NCBI GenBank assembly: GCA_963737525.1
Contig: CAVTTD010000017.1
Coordinates: forward strand, 515-64,514
DNA: 64,000 nucleotides
Direction: 5' to 3'
Origin: an uncultured Actinomycetota bacterium
Lineage (GTDB): Bacteria; Actinomycetota; UBA4738; HRBIN12
Part shown: one piece after another, positions 1-10,419 of the stretch
Layout of the letters: the number at the start of each line of letters is the position of its first letter
Numbering within the stretch: the first letter of the stretch is position 1
Program-made: the position numbers and the translations under genes
The notes under the pieces: model-generated
Databases searched by the model: none
What the model was told of the DNA's origin: nothing
The model's input: the letters and a program-made list of their open reading frames with translations, nothing else

Positions 1-592
1 TGTCGGGCGCCTCGCCCTCGATCATGAGGATGTCGATCCCGCCCTGCTCGTTCTTCGAGCCGGCCACGACGATGTCGAAGGTGGCGTCATCGAGCTCCTG
101 GAACGTGGGGTTCACGGCCCACTCTCCGCCGATGAGGCCGAGACGGACCGCGCCGACCGGGCCGTCGAACGGCAAGCCGGCGATCCCGACCGCGAGCGAC
201 GCGGCGTTCATCGCGGGGATGTCGTATGCGTTGGCCATGTCGACCGACAGGACCGTGATGACGACCTGGACCTCGTCCCGGTAGCCCTCGCGGAACGAGG
301 GCCGCAGGGGGCGGTCGATCAGCCGTGCGGTGAGGATCGCGGTTTCGGAGGGGCGTCCTTCGCGACGGAAGAAGCTGCCGGGGATCTTGCCCCGCGCGTA
401 CATGCGCTCCTCGACGTCGATCGTGAGCGGGAAGAAGTCGATCCCCTCACGTGGCGCGGAGCTGACGCAGGTTGCGAGCACCATCGTGTCGCCGTAGCGA
501 GCGACGGCGGCGCCGTCTGCGAGCTTCGCGAACGTGCCGGACTCGAGGAGCAGATCCTTGGTGCCGATCTGCCGAGACATGCTGGTGGCCAT
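1..592 (-). CDS. pnp: polynucleotide phosphorylase (PNPase), N-terminal part; gene runs off the window start
   Basis: Minus-strand ATG at 592 preceded by AGGAGG. Translation [43 protein letters not shown]... matches the PNPase N-terminal RNase-PH-like domain. Canonical position downstream of rpsO. Confidence 0.85.
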   Translation of the reverse strand, partial: MATSMSRQIGTKDLLLESGTFAKLADGAAVARYGDTMVLATCVSSAPREGIDFFPLTIDVEERMYARGKIPGSFFRREGRPSETAILTARLIDRPLRPSFREGYRDEVQVVITVLSVDMANAYDIPAMNAASLAVGIAGLPFDGPVGAVRLGLIGGEWAVNPTFQELDDATFDIVVAGSKNEQGGIDILMIEGEAPD

Positions 593-830
593 AGGCCGTG
601 TACCTCCTGTTGTGGGCGGCGCCCTCGTGGCGCCGCGGCTGCGGGAGGCGGCGGGGCCGGTTGTCAGTGGTGGGCCTCCGGTTCGTGGTGCTGGCGCTGC
701 GCGGGATCCTGGGCGCGCGCTGTCCGGGGGTCCGCGACTGAGAACCGACCGTGATGGGGCTCCTCCGCCTCCGATGGTCGGTCAGTGGGTCGTTCGCATC
801 ACTCCTCTTCGGGGCTCCTGACGCTTCCGG

Positions 831-1100
831 TCAACGACGCAGCCCGAGCTTCGCGATGAGTGCCCGGTAGCGCTCGATGTCCTCACGCTTGATGTACTCC
901 AGGAGCCTCCGCCGCCGTCCCACCATCTTGAGCAGACCCCGCCGGGACGCATGGTCCTGCTTGTGGGTCTTCAGGTGCTCGGTGAGCTCAGCGATCCGTT
1001 GGGTCAGCACCGCGACCTGCACGTCGGCAGATCCCGTGTCGCCGCTGGAGAGGGCGTGCTCCTGGATGATCTCGTGCTTGGCTTCTTTGGTCAGCGTCAT
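831..1100 (-). CDS. rpsO: 30S ribosomal protein S15
   Basis: 89-aa [60 protein letters not shown]... is a classic S15 sequence. Confidence 0.95.
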   Translation of the reverse strand: MTLTKEAKHEIIQEHALSSGDTGSADVQVAVLTQRIAELTEHLKTHKQDHASRRGLLKMVGRRRRLLEYIKREDIERYRALIAKLGLRR

Positions 1101-2489
1101 GGTTGCAGGTCAAGGCTACCAGCACCTTCTTCCCCGCGACCCCGCTCAACGCCTTCTCCGATCGCGGTCGCCGTCGCAGCTCGGACGGTATCGACGAGTC
1201 GGGCGCGGCGGGCGCGGAGGTCCTCCACGAGGCCGGACGCTGCGGCCAGCCGCCGGAGACCCAGCCGCGCCCGCCGCGCCCGGATCGCCCTCCCGACGCA
1301 CCAGAGGGCGGCCAGGCCGCAGGCCGGGCCGACGACCAAGGTGAGCAGCCAGGGATGAGAGGCGGTGTCGAAGACCGCCCATCTGAGGAGGGCCCAGTTC
1401 GCCGGGAACAGGACGATCGCCGTCAGGAACTTCGCCGTCGCGTGGGTCACCGGCGGCATGGCCCGCCGTCCGACCGCGTCGACCGCGATCACAGGGATCG
1501 CGTTCGCCAGGAGCCCCACCGCCGCCAACGGCGCCAGCGCGAGGGTCAGGAGCCATCCCAGCCGGCTCCGGCGCGCCGAGCGCCTCTTCGGCTCCCGGCG
1601 CGACGACGGCATCGGGGACCCCCGCGGCCGCGAGGCCTTCGCGGTAGGCGATCGCCGCCGAGCGAACGGCCTCCTCCTCGGCCGCGGGCGCTTCGGACAA
1701 GCGGTCGGCCAGCCGCTCCACCTCCCCCACCGGGGGTCGTCCCCGAGGGTCCCCGTGCTCCCATCGGAGCGCGACGTTGGCGGCCAGACGCAGAGCCGAT
1801 CGTTGCTCCGCGCTCCGGAAATCGACGGCCGCATCGGTCAGCCGCGCCTCGATCGTGCGCGTGAGCGCCGCGACCGCGGCGCGGTCGGTCTCGTCCGGAG
1901 GAACGGCGGGATTCGTCGCGAGGTCCGAATCGAGCTCGAGCGGATCGCCGACGCGAACGTACGCGCGAGAGCGCGCTCGCTGCTTGTCCTCGTAGATCAG
2001 ACCGACGGGCACGATCCGCAGGCCCATCGCGCCGCGCGAGTGCGCGCCGAGCGCGATGCGCGCGGCGCCCGTCCGGATCGGAAGCAGGTGGGCCTCGTCG
2101 CTCGCCTCGCCCTCCGGGAAGATGCCGATCGCGCCGCCGCCGCGCAGATGCGCGAAGGAGGCGTCGAACGCGTCTACGTTCCGCCGCGCTCCCGCTCCGT
2201 CTGGGGCGGCATCCCGCGCCCGCTGAACCGGGATCGCACCTGCGAACGCGAGCAGCGGGCGGAGCGGCACGATCCGGAACAGCGACGCCATCGCGAGGAA
2301 GCGCACGGGCCGCGGAACGGTCGCGACCAGCAGAGCGGGGTCGACGAAACCGCCGTGATGGTTGGCCACGAGCAGGACCGGCCCGGTTCGAGGGATGCGC
2401 TCGAGGCCCGTGACCTCCACGGCCCGGAACCAGCCGAACGTCGCGGCCTTCGCGATCAACCGCACGAGCCGGTCGGCGAATCCCCGCAT
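1097..2489 (-). CDS. PlsC-family lysophospholipid acyltransferase with C-terminal membrane domain; apparent frameshift between the two parts
   Basis: Frame from 2489 has the acyltransferase motifs [10 protein letters not shown] (HX4D) and IFPEGEAS. A second frame (about 1561 down to 1097) encodes a hydrophobic membrane segment [27 protein letters not shown]... Its stop overlaps the rpsO start as ATGA. Frames join somewhere in 1560-1650. Confidence 0.6.
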
Positions 2490-2520
2490 CGCCGCATGGT
2501 CCCACCTCTACGATGTCCGT

Positions 2521-3195
2521 GTGTCCAGGAGCGATCGTCTTGGGGCGTGGTGCGGGTTTCTCGGACCCGCCGCGTTCACGGCCGCGTGGTTGGTGGCTCA
2601 GCGGCGTCAGGACGAGTACGAGGTCAGGCACGAGCACATCAGCGGTCTGGCAGCGAAGGACGCGAACGATCCACACGTGATGACGGCGGGCTTCGTCGCC
2701 CTCGGCAGCTGCACGGTCGCGTTCGCGTCCGCGCTGGAACGGCGGCTCGGCCCGCGGGCGGGCCCGGGTCCGGCGTTGATCGGGGTGGCGGGCCTCGCCA
2801 CGATCGTAGCCGGCGCCTTCCGGCGCGATCGCCGGTCCAACTTCCCGCCGCCCGGAGAGCCCGAAGGACAATCGAGGGAGAACGACATGCACGACGCCGC
2901 TGCCGTCGTCGGTGGGGTCGCCGGCACGCTCGGCCTCGCCGCGCTCGCGCCGCGCCTCGCGCGGGACCCGGTGTTCCGCGATCTCGCGAGACCCGCGCTC
3001 GGTGCCGCAGGCGCGAGCGCAGGGATCTCGGCGTGGTTCCTTCGCGACGTGGTCCGGCCCGGCAACGGCCTGCTCCAGCGCACGAACATCACGATCCCAC
3101 TCGTGTTCATGGCACGCCTCGCACTGCGGATGTTGCGTGAGCGAGCCAGGGAAGCGGGACCTCGGACGACGGCCGAGGTCAGCTCCGCCTCGTGA
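2521..3195 (+). CDS. DUF998-like integral membrane protein
   Basis: GTG start at 2521, 32 bp from the divergent acyltransferase start. Translation ...LGAWCGFLGPAAFTAAWLVAQRRQDEYEVRHEHISGLAAKDANDPHVMTAGFVALGSCTVAFASA... resembles DUF998 membrane proteins. The longer ORF call from 2362 overlaps the neighbouring gene. Confidence 0.4.
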   Translation: MSRSDRLGAWCGFLGPAAFTAAWLVAQRRQDEYEVRHEHISGLAAKDANDPHVMTAGFVALGSCTVAFASALERRLGPRAGPGPALIGVAGLATIVAGAFRRDRRSNFPPPGEPEGQSRENDMHDAAAVVGGVAGTLGLAALAPRLARDPVFRDLARPALGAAGASAGISAWFLRDVVRPGNGLLQRTNITIPLVFMARLALRMLRERAREAGPRTTAEVSSAS

Positions 3196-3198
3196 AGC

Positions 3199-4140
3199 TC
3201 AGTCCTCGGCGAGGTCGACCGCCGCGCGCGTCCGCTCGACGTCCTGCCCGATCGCCGCCACGAGGTCGTCGACGGCGTCGAATCTGATCTCGTCGCGCAG
3301 GCGCTCCCAGAACTCGACCGTGAGCGTGTCGCCGCGGAGCTCGTCGTCGGGGAAGGCCAGGAGGAACGCCTCGACATGCAACGGCTCCGTCCCGAACGTC
3401 GGATTCGTCCCGACGTCGATCGCCGCCACATACCGATCGCCGTCCTCGAGCTGCGCGACGCCGGCGTAGATCCCCTGGCCCGGGAGCAGGAGCCGAGGCC
3501 AGGTGCGGAGGTTCGCGGTCGGGTAGCCGAGGTCCTTTCCGCGGCCCGCACCGGCTACGACCTCCCCGTCGACGGCGAACCGACGGCCGAGCCCGGTCCG
3601 CGGCCATAAGAGGTCGCCCGCGCCGAGCGCTGCCCGGATCGACGACGAGGAGACGACCCGGTCGTCGATCGCGAACAGGCCGACGTCGTCCGCGGTCATG
3701 CCGAGCGGCTCACCGACGTCACGCAGGGTCGCCACGGTGCCGGCGGCGCGATGTCCGAACCGGAAGTCGGCCCCCACTCGGGCATGCACGGCATGCAGTC
3801 CCCCCACGAGCACGTCGCGGACGAAGTCCTCGGCCGAGACCTCGGAGAACCGCTGCGTGAACTCGAGCACGACCAAGACGTCGATCCCACAGGTCGCGAT
3901 CAGCTCCGCCTTGCGCTCCACGGTGGTCAGCAGGCGCGGTTCCTCGCCCGGTGTGAGGATCTCTCGCGGATGTCGATCGAAGGTCACGGCCACGCTCCGC
4001 GCGTCCCGCTCCTTCGCTGCTTCGACGGTCCTCCGGATGACCTCCTGGTGACCCAGATGGACCCCGTCGAAGAAGCCGATCGTCACGGCCGACGGGCCGT
4101 CGGGCAGCGGGAGAGCGTCGAGGCCCCGGACGACGTCCAT
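3199..4140 (-). CDS. ribF: bifunctional riboflavin kinase / FMN adenylyltransferase
   Basis: 313 aa with N-terminal FAD-synthetase motif GFFDGVHLGHQ and a C-terminal riboflavin-kinase domain (GRGKDLGYPTANL...). Confidence 0.93.
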   Translation of the reverse strand: MDVVRGLDALPLPDGPSAVTIGFFDGVHLGHQEVIRRTVEAAKERDARSVAVTFDRHPREILTPGEEPRLLTTVERKAELIATCGIDVLVVLEFTQRFSEVSAEDFVRDVLVGGLHAVHARVGADFRFGHRAAGTVATLRDVGEPLGMTADDVGLFAIDDRVVSSSSIRAALGAGDLLWPRTGLGRRFAVDGEVVAGAGRGKDLGYPTANLRTWPRLLLPGQGIYAGVAQLEDGDRYVAAIDVGTNPTFGTEPLHVEAFLLAFPDDELRGDTLTVEFWERLRDEIRFDAVDDLVAAIGQDVERTRAAVDLAED

Positions 4141-4180
4141 AGGCGTTGGAGGGTACCGGTCGGGCCAAGTCAGCGAAGCG

Positions 4181-5029
4181 TCAGAGGGGAGCGAGGATGA
4201 CCTGCGGCCGGGCCCGAGGCCCGTCGTCTTCGTAGACGCCGATCAGGCGACCGTCCGGTGCGAACACGCCGTACGGGCCGGTCAGGCCGGCGGGGCCGAG
4301 CGGCCTCCCGTGGGAGGCCGCGACGGCCTCGTCGGCATCGAGGTCGAGTCGGGGGAGGTGGCCGACCGCGGCATCCAGTGGTAGGGGCTCCGTGGCACCG
4401 TCCGGCGAGACGGCGTCATCGACCGCGTAGGGCCCGATCGCGGTGCGGCGGAGCGCGACGAGGTGGGCGCCGCACCCGAGTGCGGTGCCCACGTCGGCGG
4501 CGAGGACGCGCACGTAGGTCCCGCCCGAACACGTGACGCGGAACGTCGCGTCCGGTGCGTCGTAGGACACGAGATCGAACGCGTCGACGCGGACCGGGCG
4601 AGGCTCCGCCTCGAGCCGCTCCCCCTCCCGGGCGGCCTCGTAGAGCTTGCGACCACCGACCTTGACCGCGCTGTACGCGGGCGGACGCTGGAGCGAATCC
4701 CCCACGAGCGTGTGCATCACGTCGGTCAGCTGTGCTGCCGCGACGTCGACCGACGTCTCGGAGACGACGTCGCCATCGGCGTCGAGGGTGGTCGTCTCGA
4801 TCCCCAGCCGCATCGTCCCGTCGTAGGTCTTGGGCAGCGCCCCCAGGAAACGGAGCAGGCGGGTCGCTCGACCGACGCCGATCAGCAGCAGCCCCGTGGC
4901 CATCGGGTCGAGCGTCCCCGCATGACCGACCTTCCTCGTGCCGAGGCCCCGTCGCACGACGTCCACGACGTCGTGCGACGTCACTCCATGAGGCTTGTCG
5001 ACGAGGAGCAAGCCCTCTATCTGAGTCAT
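4181..5029 (-). CDS. truB: tRNA pseudouridine(55) synthase
   Basis: 282 aa; GLLLVDKPHGVTSHDVV...HAGTLDPMATGLL is the TruB catalytic-Asp motif. Confidence 0.93.
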   Translation of the reverse strand: MTQIEGLLLVDKPHGVTSHDVVDVVRRGLGTRKVGHAGTLDPMATGLLLIGVGRATRLLRFLGALPKTYDGTMRLGIETTTLDADGDVVSETSVDVAAAQLTDVMHTLVGDSLQRPPAYSAVKVGGRKLYEAAREGERLEAEPRPVRVDAFDLVSYDAPDATFRVTCSGGTYVRVLAADVGTALGCGAHLVALRRTAIGPYAVDDAVSPDGATEPLPLDAAVGHLPRLDLDADEAVAASHGRPLGPAGLTGPYGVFAPDGRLIGVYEDDGPRARPQVILAPL

Positions 5030-5055
5030 GGAGTCATCGCGCAGTCAGGGCGCCG

Positions 5056-6030
5056 TCACGCCCGCCCCAGCGCCTCGACGAGCTCCTCGATCGTGCCTTC
5101 CGGCCCGTGTTCGGAGGTGTACCCGGCCGCGAGGCGATGGCCGCCGCCTCCGAACGACGCCGCGACGGCAGACAGATCGTGCCCTCCTCGAGAGCGAACG
5201 CTCACCTTGAACCGTCCGTCCCGCTGCTGCTTCAGCACCGCGGCGACGTCGACGTCGCGCGCGGTCCTGAGCACGTCGATCAGGTCGTCCGTTTCGCCGG
5301 GCCCGACGCCTGCTTCCGCCAGATCCGCCTGCGTGATGTAGGTCCAGACGACGCTCGCCTCCGGCACCTCGGTCATCCTCCCGAGCGCCGTCCCGAGCAG
5401 GCGGAGGAACGAGGGGTCGTTGTCCTCGTACATCGCGCGAACGAGCGCGGCGTGATCGAAGTCCTGCTCCCGCAAACGTGCGGCGATCCGGAGCGTCTCC
5501 GGCGTCGTCGCCTGGTACTGGAATCGCCCGGTGTCCGTCACCAGGCCGGCGTACAGGCACACGGCGACGTCACGATCGAGCTCGCCGCCCATCGCTTCGA
5601 TCAGGCGGAAGACCATCTCGCAGGTGGACGACGCGTCGGGATCCACCACACGGACGGTGCCGTAGCCCTCGTTCGAGCGGTGATGGTCGATCCAGATCAG
5701 CTCGCCCGCACGTGAGGCTGAAGTCCCGAGGACCCCGAGCCGATCGAACGACGCGCAGTCGCAGGTCACCATCACCGCAGGCTCCGCGGGGAACGCGCTC
5801 GGGGAGACGACGTGCTCGCTCCCGGGCAGGAGCGACGCCCAGCGGGGCAGGTCGAGCGGCTCGTTCCCGTACGAGCACACCGTGCGGGTTCCTCTGGCGC
5901 GGAGGTGATCCGAGAGCCCGAGCATCGACCCGAGCGCGTCGGCATCCGGATTCATGTGACAGGCGAGCGCGACCTCGTCGGCCCCGGAAAGGACCTCGCC
6001 GGCTCGTCGCAGCGCCTCGGCCTCAGTCAT
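5056..6030 (-). CDS. nrnA: DHH-family phosphoesterase (NrnA-like oligoribonuclease / pAp phosphatase)
   Basis: 324 aa; DHH motifs (ALACHMNPDADALGS, WIDHH) plus a C-terminal DHHA1 GGGH. Conserved position between rbfA and truB. Confidence 0.85.
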   Translation of the reverse strand: MTEAEALRRAGEVLSGADEVALACHMNPDADALGSMLGLSDHLRARGTRTVCSYGNEPLDLPRWASLLPGSEHVVSPSAFPAEPAVMVTCDCASFDRLGVLGTSASRAGELIWIDHHRSNEGYGTVRVVDPDASSTCEMVFRLIEAMGGELDRDVAVCLYAGLVTDTGRFQYQATTPETLRIAARLREQDFDHAALVRAMYEDNDPSFLRLLGTALGRMTEVPEASVVWTYITQADLAEAGVGPGETDDLIDVLRTARDVDVAAVLKQQRDGRFKVSVRSRGGHDLSAVAASFGGGGHRLAAGYTSEHGPEGTIEELVEALGRA

Positions 6031-6380
6031 CCGATCCCTCCGCGATGGAGGCGAGCGATGAGCTCCTCGATGTGTTCGTACTGCGCGATCGTCTGGTCCA
6101 ACTGGAACTCGATCTCCGGCAAGGTCCGCAGGCGCACCTGTCGCCCGAGCTCCCTGCGGAGATGGGGGGTGGCCGAGCGCAATCCCGCACCCGTCGCCCG
6201 TTGCTGTTTCTCGTCCCCGAGCACCGTGTAGGAGACCCAGGCGCGCCGGAGGTCGGCGGTCACCTGCACGCCCGTGACCGTGACGAAGCCGATCCGCGGG
6301 TCCTTCAGCCGTTGGATCTCCTCGGCGAGGACCTCACGGAACTCCTCCGCCACGCGAGCTCTCCGAGCACCTTGAGGCAC
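6027..6380 (-). CDS. rbfA: ribosome-binding factor A
   Basis: 117 aa; RIGFVTVTGVQVTADLRRAWVSYTVLG is a typical RbfA sequence. Its stop overlaps the nrnA start as ATGA. Confidence 0.9.
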   Translation of the reverse strand: MPQGARRARVAEEFREVLAEEIQRLKDPRIGFVTVTGVQVTADLRRAWVSYTVLGDEKQQRATGAGLRSATPHLRRELGRQVRLRTLPEIEFQLDQTIAQYEHIEELIARLHRGGIG

Positions 6381-6398
6381 GTCATCCCTCCGCGTCGA

Positions 6399-6692
6399 TC
6401 AGTCGTCCGGCGAGTGCAGGGTCAGGTCGCTGTCGATGATCTCGACCTCTGCCCATCGCTCGACGAATCGCTCCACCGAGTGCATCACCTTCTTGAGGTG
6501 ATACCCCTCGGTCGCGACCGCGGCGACCCCGAGCTCCGCTCGCTGCCACTTGTCCAGATAGCCGGTCTCCGCGACGGCGACCTCGAACGTCGACCGGATA
6601 CCGCTCGAGAGCGCCTTCACCACGTGACGCTTCTCCTTCAGCGAGCCGCAAGCCGGGATCCGGAGATCGAGCCGAAGCGCGGCCATCAGCAT
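6399..6692 (-). CDS. DUF503 (YlxP-like) protein
   Basis: About 97 aa from an internal ATG: MLMAALRLDLRIPACGSLKEKRHVVKALSSGIRSTFEVAVAETGY... This is the standard infB-DUF503-rbfA arrangement. The start abuts the infB stop. Confidence 0.7.
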   Translation of the reverse strand: MLMAALRLDLRIPACGSLKEKRHVVKALSSGIRSTFEVAVAETGYLDKWQRAELGVAAVATEGYHLKKVMHSVERFVERWAEVEIIDSDLTLHSPDD

Positions 6693-8890
6693 CAGGAGAT
6701 CTGGCGCGCGAACTCCTCGACCTCGAAGGCCTCGATCACGTCGCCCTCCTTCACGTCCTGGAAGTTCTCGAGCCCGATCCCACACTCGAATCCTTCGCGA
6801 ACCTCGGCCACGTCGTCCTTGAACCGGCGGAGCGAGGCCACCCGGCCCTCGTACACGACGACACCGTCGCGGATCAGCCGGACCTGCGCGTTCCTCCGGA
6901 TCGTGCCCTTGGTGAGGTAGCAGCCCGCGATCACGCCGAGCCTCGGCACGCGGAACGTCTGACGGACCTCCGCCTCGCCGAGGATCGACTCGCGTTCCTC
7001 CGGCTTGAGCATCCCGGAGAGGGCCGCCTTCACGTCGTCGATCGCGTCGTAGATCACCCGGTACAGCCGGATGTCCACGCCTTCGCGTTCGGCGAGCTCG
7101 CGAGCGTTGGCGTTCGGTCGGACGTTGAAGCCGACCACGATCGCGTTCGCCGTCTTCGCGAGGTCGACGTCGTGCTCGGTGATCGCGCCGGCGCCGGAGT
7201 GAACGAGGTTCACGCGCACCTCGTCCTGCGGGAGCTTCAGGAACGCGTCTGTGAGGGCGCCGAGCGAACCCTGGACGTCCGCCTTGACGACCAGATTCAG
7301 CTCCGGGATCTCCGAGCGCTCCTGCCGGCGAAGCAGCTCTTGCAGCGACGCCGGCCGTTGGTTCACGACCTCGGCCGACCGAACGCGTGACTCACGCTCG
7401 GCCGCGATGTGCCGTGCCTCGCGCTCGTCCTCGACCTCGCGGAATTCGTCGCCAACGTTGGGAACCCCGTTCCAACCGAGCACCTGGGCCGGCTTCGCGG
7501 GACCGGCGACGTCGACGGGCTGTCCGTTCTCGTCGACCATCGCACGCACCTTGCAGTACGTGGTGCCGCAGACGAGGGCGTCGCCCACCTCGAGCCGCCC
7601 CTTCTGCACCAGTACGGTCGCCACGGGGCCCCGACCCTTGTCGAGGTGCGCCTCGAGAACGGTGCCGCGCGCATGGCCCGTAGGATCGCCCTTGAGCTCA
7701 GCGAGGTCGGCGACGATCAGCACCGTCTCCAGCAGTCCCTCCAGGTTCGCGTTCGTCTTCGCGGAGACATCGACGAACTCGGTGTCGCCGCCCCATTCCG
7801 ACGGGACGAGGCCGCGTTCCACCATCTGCGTCCGCACGCGGTTCGGATCGGCCTCTTCCTTGTCGATCTTGTTCACGGCGACGATCACCGGCACGCCCGC
7901 CGCCCTCGCGTGGTCGAGCGCCTCGACGGTCTGCGGCATCACGCCGTCGTCGGCGGCGACGACGAGGACGGCGATGTCGGTGATCTGTGCGCCTCGCGCA
8001 CGCATCGCGGTGAAGGCCTCGTGACCTGGCGTGTCGATGAACGTGATCTCACGACCGTTGACGTGGGCCTGATACGCGCCGATGTGCTGGGTGATCCCGC
8101 CGAACTCGCCGGAGACGACGTCGGTCACCCGGATCGCGTCGAGGAGCTTCGTCTTGCCGTGGTCGACGTGACCCATCACGGTCACGACGGGCGAGCGAGG
8201 AACGAGCTTGGACTCGTCGACATCCTCCTCGAGCTCCTCGGCCTGGATCTCGTCTTCGAGGCCGACGATCTCCACGTGATACCCGAGCTCCGATCCGAGG
8301 GTCTGGAGGGCCTCGTCGGAGAGCGAAGTCGTCGCCGTGACCATCTCGCCCGCCATGAACAGGATCTTCACGATGTCGGCCGGTGACCGATTGGTCTTCT
8401 CCGCGAACAGCTGCGGCGTGGATCCCCGAACCACCTGCAGCACGGGGCCCGTGGGGGCCGGGGCGGCCACGGGCGCGGGCGCGATCGGTGTCGGGATCGG
8501 TGACACGGAGGCGGCCGGGGGGGCCGGCGGGGCGGGGGTGGTGCGTGCCGCCGGCGCACCGGATGGTGCGGGAGCCACGGTCGCGACCGCCGGCGTCGAG
8601 GGCGCGGGAGCCGCACCTCCCGGGGCCTGCTCTTCCTCGACGTCGGGCGCCGGGGTCGCCGCCTTGGTCGTCTTCGGTTTGGGCTTCGCGCGTGGCTTCG
8701 GCGGCGGTTCCATGACCTGGCGAGGCTTGGCCGCCTTGGTCGCCTTGCCACCCGAGGCACGCAGGCGTGGCACGAGGTCTTCGGGCACGCTGGAGGAGGC
8801 GGACTTGCCGGTCACGCCCATCTTCTCGAGCGTCTCCAGCAACTCCTTGCTGGAGACGTCGAGCTCCTTCGCGAGCTCGTGGATCCTCAT
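6692..8890 (-). CDS. infB: translation initiation factor IF-2
   Basis: 732 aa. Pro/Ala-rich N-terminal linker, then G domain VVTVMGHVDHGKTKLLD...DTPGHEAF...NKIDK, then the C-terminal beta-barrels. Confidence 0.97.
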   Translation of the reverse strand: MRIHELAKELDVSSKELLETLEKMGVTGKSASSSVPEDLVPRLRASGGKATKAAKPRQVMEPPPKPRAKPKPKTTKAATPAPDVEEEQAPGGAAPAPSTPAVATVAPAPSGAPAARTTPAPPAPPAASVSPIPTPIAPAPVAAPAPTGPVLQVVRGSTPQLFAEKTNRSPADIVKILFMAGEMVTATTSLSDEALQTLGSELGYHVEIVGLEDEIQAEELEEDVDESKLVPRSPVVTVMGHVDHGKTKLLDAIRVTDVVSGEFGGITQHIGAYQAHVNGREITFIDTPGHEAFTAMRARGAQITDIAVLVVAADDGVMPQTVEALDHARAAGVPVIVAVNKIDKEEADPNRVRTQMVERGLVPSEWGGDTEFVDVSAKTNANLEGLLETVLIVADLAELKGDPTGHARGTVLEAHLDKGRGPVATVLVQKGRLEVGDALVCGTTYCKVRAMVDENGQPVDVAGPAKPAQVLGWNGVPNVGDEFREVEDEREARHIAAERESRVRSAEVVNQRPASLQELLRRQERSEIPELNLVVKADVQGSLGALTDAFLKLPQDEVRVNLVHSGAGAITEHDVDLAKTANAIVVGFNVRPNANARELAEREGVDIRLYRVIYDAIDDVKAALSGMLKPEERESILGEAEVRQTFRVPRLGVIAGCYLTKGTIRRNAQVRLIRDGVVVYEGRVASLRRFKDDVAEVREGFECGIGLENFQDVKEGDVIEAFEVEEFARQIS

Positions 8891-9156
8891 ATCCCCTGCA
8901 ACGCCTCCTCGATCTCCGTCCTAAGCCTAGCGAGTTCCTCTTGGGCCAACCCCGTGCGCAACGCGCTCGCGAGTGCACCCTTCCGCAGTGCGGCTTCCAC
9001 GCATCGGGTGTCGCGATGGACGTACGCCCCCCTTCCGGGGGCGTTGCCCTGCGGGTCCGCGCGCACGCCTGCCGGCGTGCGCGCGACCCGCAGGAGCTCA
9101 GCCTTCGGTGCGCGTTGCCTGCACCCGACGCACGAACGCTCCGGCTCGCGCGACAC
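8887..9156 (-). CDS. ylxR: YlxR-family (DUF448) RNA-binding protein
   Basis: 89 aa with CVGCRQRAPKAELLRV...GRGAYVH; sits between nusA and infB. Confidence 0.85.
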   Translation of the reverse strand: MSREPERSCVGCRQRAPKAELLRVARTPAGVRADPQGNAPGRGAYVHRDTRCVEAALRKGALASALRTGLAQEELARLRTEIEEALQGI

Positions 9157-9162
9157 GACCCA

Positions 9163-10419
9163 TCATTCCCCCGCCGGCGCCTCCGCTGGCGCGGCCTCGA
9201 CCTGCGTCTGGGGGACCGCGACCGGCTCGGCCAGCACGGGCTCCGCTTCCTCGGGCGTCGGCTCGGCGCCGGCGCCCGTAGCGACGTCTTCCTCCGTCGC
9301 CGCCTGAGGCTCCTCGGCCGCAACCACTTCAGCCGCCTCGTCGGGCGGCGGCGCAGAAGGCCTCGGCGCCGGCGAAGGCTCCGCCGCCTGGCTCTCGGAC
9401 TTGATGTCGATCCGCCATCCGGTCAGACGGGCCGCCAGTCGGGCGTTCTGCCCCTCCCTGCCGATCGCGAGCGAGAGCTGGTAGTCGGGGACGATCACGA
9501 GGGCGGTCTGCGTGTCGGGGTTGACCGTGACCTCCTTCACCTTCGCCGGCTGCAGCGCGTTCGCGACGAAGGTGGCCGACTCGTCCGACCACGGAACGAC
9601 GTCGATCTTCTCGCCACGGAGCTCGTTGACCACCATGCGCACGCGCGAACCCTTCGGTCCGACGCACGCGCCGACCGGATCGACGGCCGGCTCGTTCGAC
9701 GCGACCGCGATCTTCGACCGGTGTCCCGGCTCGCGGGCCACGGCCATGATCTCCACGATCCCCTCGTCGATCTCGGGCACTTCGAGCGCGAACAACGCCT
9801 TCAGCAGGCCCGGATGCGTCCGCGAGACGACGATCTGCGGACCCTTCGTCCCGCGACGAACCTCCGTGATGAATGCTTTGAGTCGCTCGCCATGGCGAAG
9901 CGGCTCCGACGGAACCTGCTCGCCCTGCGGAAGCAGTGCCTCCACCTTGCCGAGATCCAGCAACGTGTACCTGCGCTCCTGCTGCTGGACGATCCCGGTG
10001 ACCACGTCGCCCTCGCGTCCCGCGAACTCCTCGTAGGTCATCTCCCGTTCCGCATCTCGGAGCTTCTGGAAGATCACCTGCTTCGCCGTCTGGGCGCCGA
10101 TCCGTCCCTTGAAGTCATCCGTGACCTCGACCTCGGCCTCCGAGATGACCTTCATCTCGACCCCGGGCTCCTCGCTGCCCTCGGCCGGCGGGGTATCGAT
10201 CTCTTCGAGCTCCTGCTGCCACATACGAAGGTCGCCCGTCTCCGGGTCGATCACCGCGCGGAACCCGACGAACTCGTCGTTGCCGTCAGGGTGTTCCTGC
10301 TTCCAATGCGCCTTGTAAGCCGAGGCCATCGCCTCTTCCAAGCCGCCAAGGATCGTCTCGAAGGCGATCCCCTTCTCCCGCTCGAGCTCGCGCAGTGCGG
10401 CGATCATCTCGGCGTTCAT
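9163..10419 (-). CDS. nusA: transcription termination/antitermination factor NusA
   Basis: 418 aa with S1 and KH domains ([59 protein letters not shown]) and an acidic C-terminal tail. Confidence 0.95.
   Translation of the reverse strand: MNAEMIAALRELEREKGIAFETILGGLEEAMASAYKAHWKQEHPDGNDEFVGFRAVIDPETGDLRMWQQELEEIDTPPAEGSEEPGVEMKVISEAEVEVTDDFKGRIGAQTAKQVIFQKLRDAEREMTYEEFAGREGDVVTGIVQQQERRYTLLDLGKVEALLPQGEQVPSEPLRHGERLKAFITEVRRGTKGPQIVVSRTHPGLLKALFALEVPEIDEGIVEIMAVAREPGHRSKIAVASNEPAVDPVGACVGPKGSRVRMVVNELRGEKIDVVPWSDESATFVANALQPAKVKEVTVNPDTQTALVIVPDYQLSLAIGREGQNARLAARLTGWRIDIKSESQAAEPSPAPRPSAPPPDEAAEVVAAEEPQAATEEDVATGAGAEPTPEEAEPVLAEPVAVPQTQVEAAPAEAPAGE

Noticed and set aside
1365-3140. 591-aa plus-strand ORF, plus other long ORFs antisense to the acyltransferase/ribF region (1103-1864, 1546-2892, 2607-3551).
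   Set aside because: Arg/Pro/Gly/Ala-rich low-complexity translations typical of spurious frames in about 70% GC DNA. They overlap well-supported genes on the other strand and have no motifs.
8049-9323. 424-aa minus-strand ORF and 8767-10668 633-aa plus-strand ORF overlapping infB/ylxR/nusA.
   Set aside because: Alternative frames or antisense of conserved genes, with junk composition.
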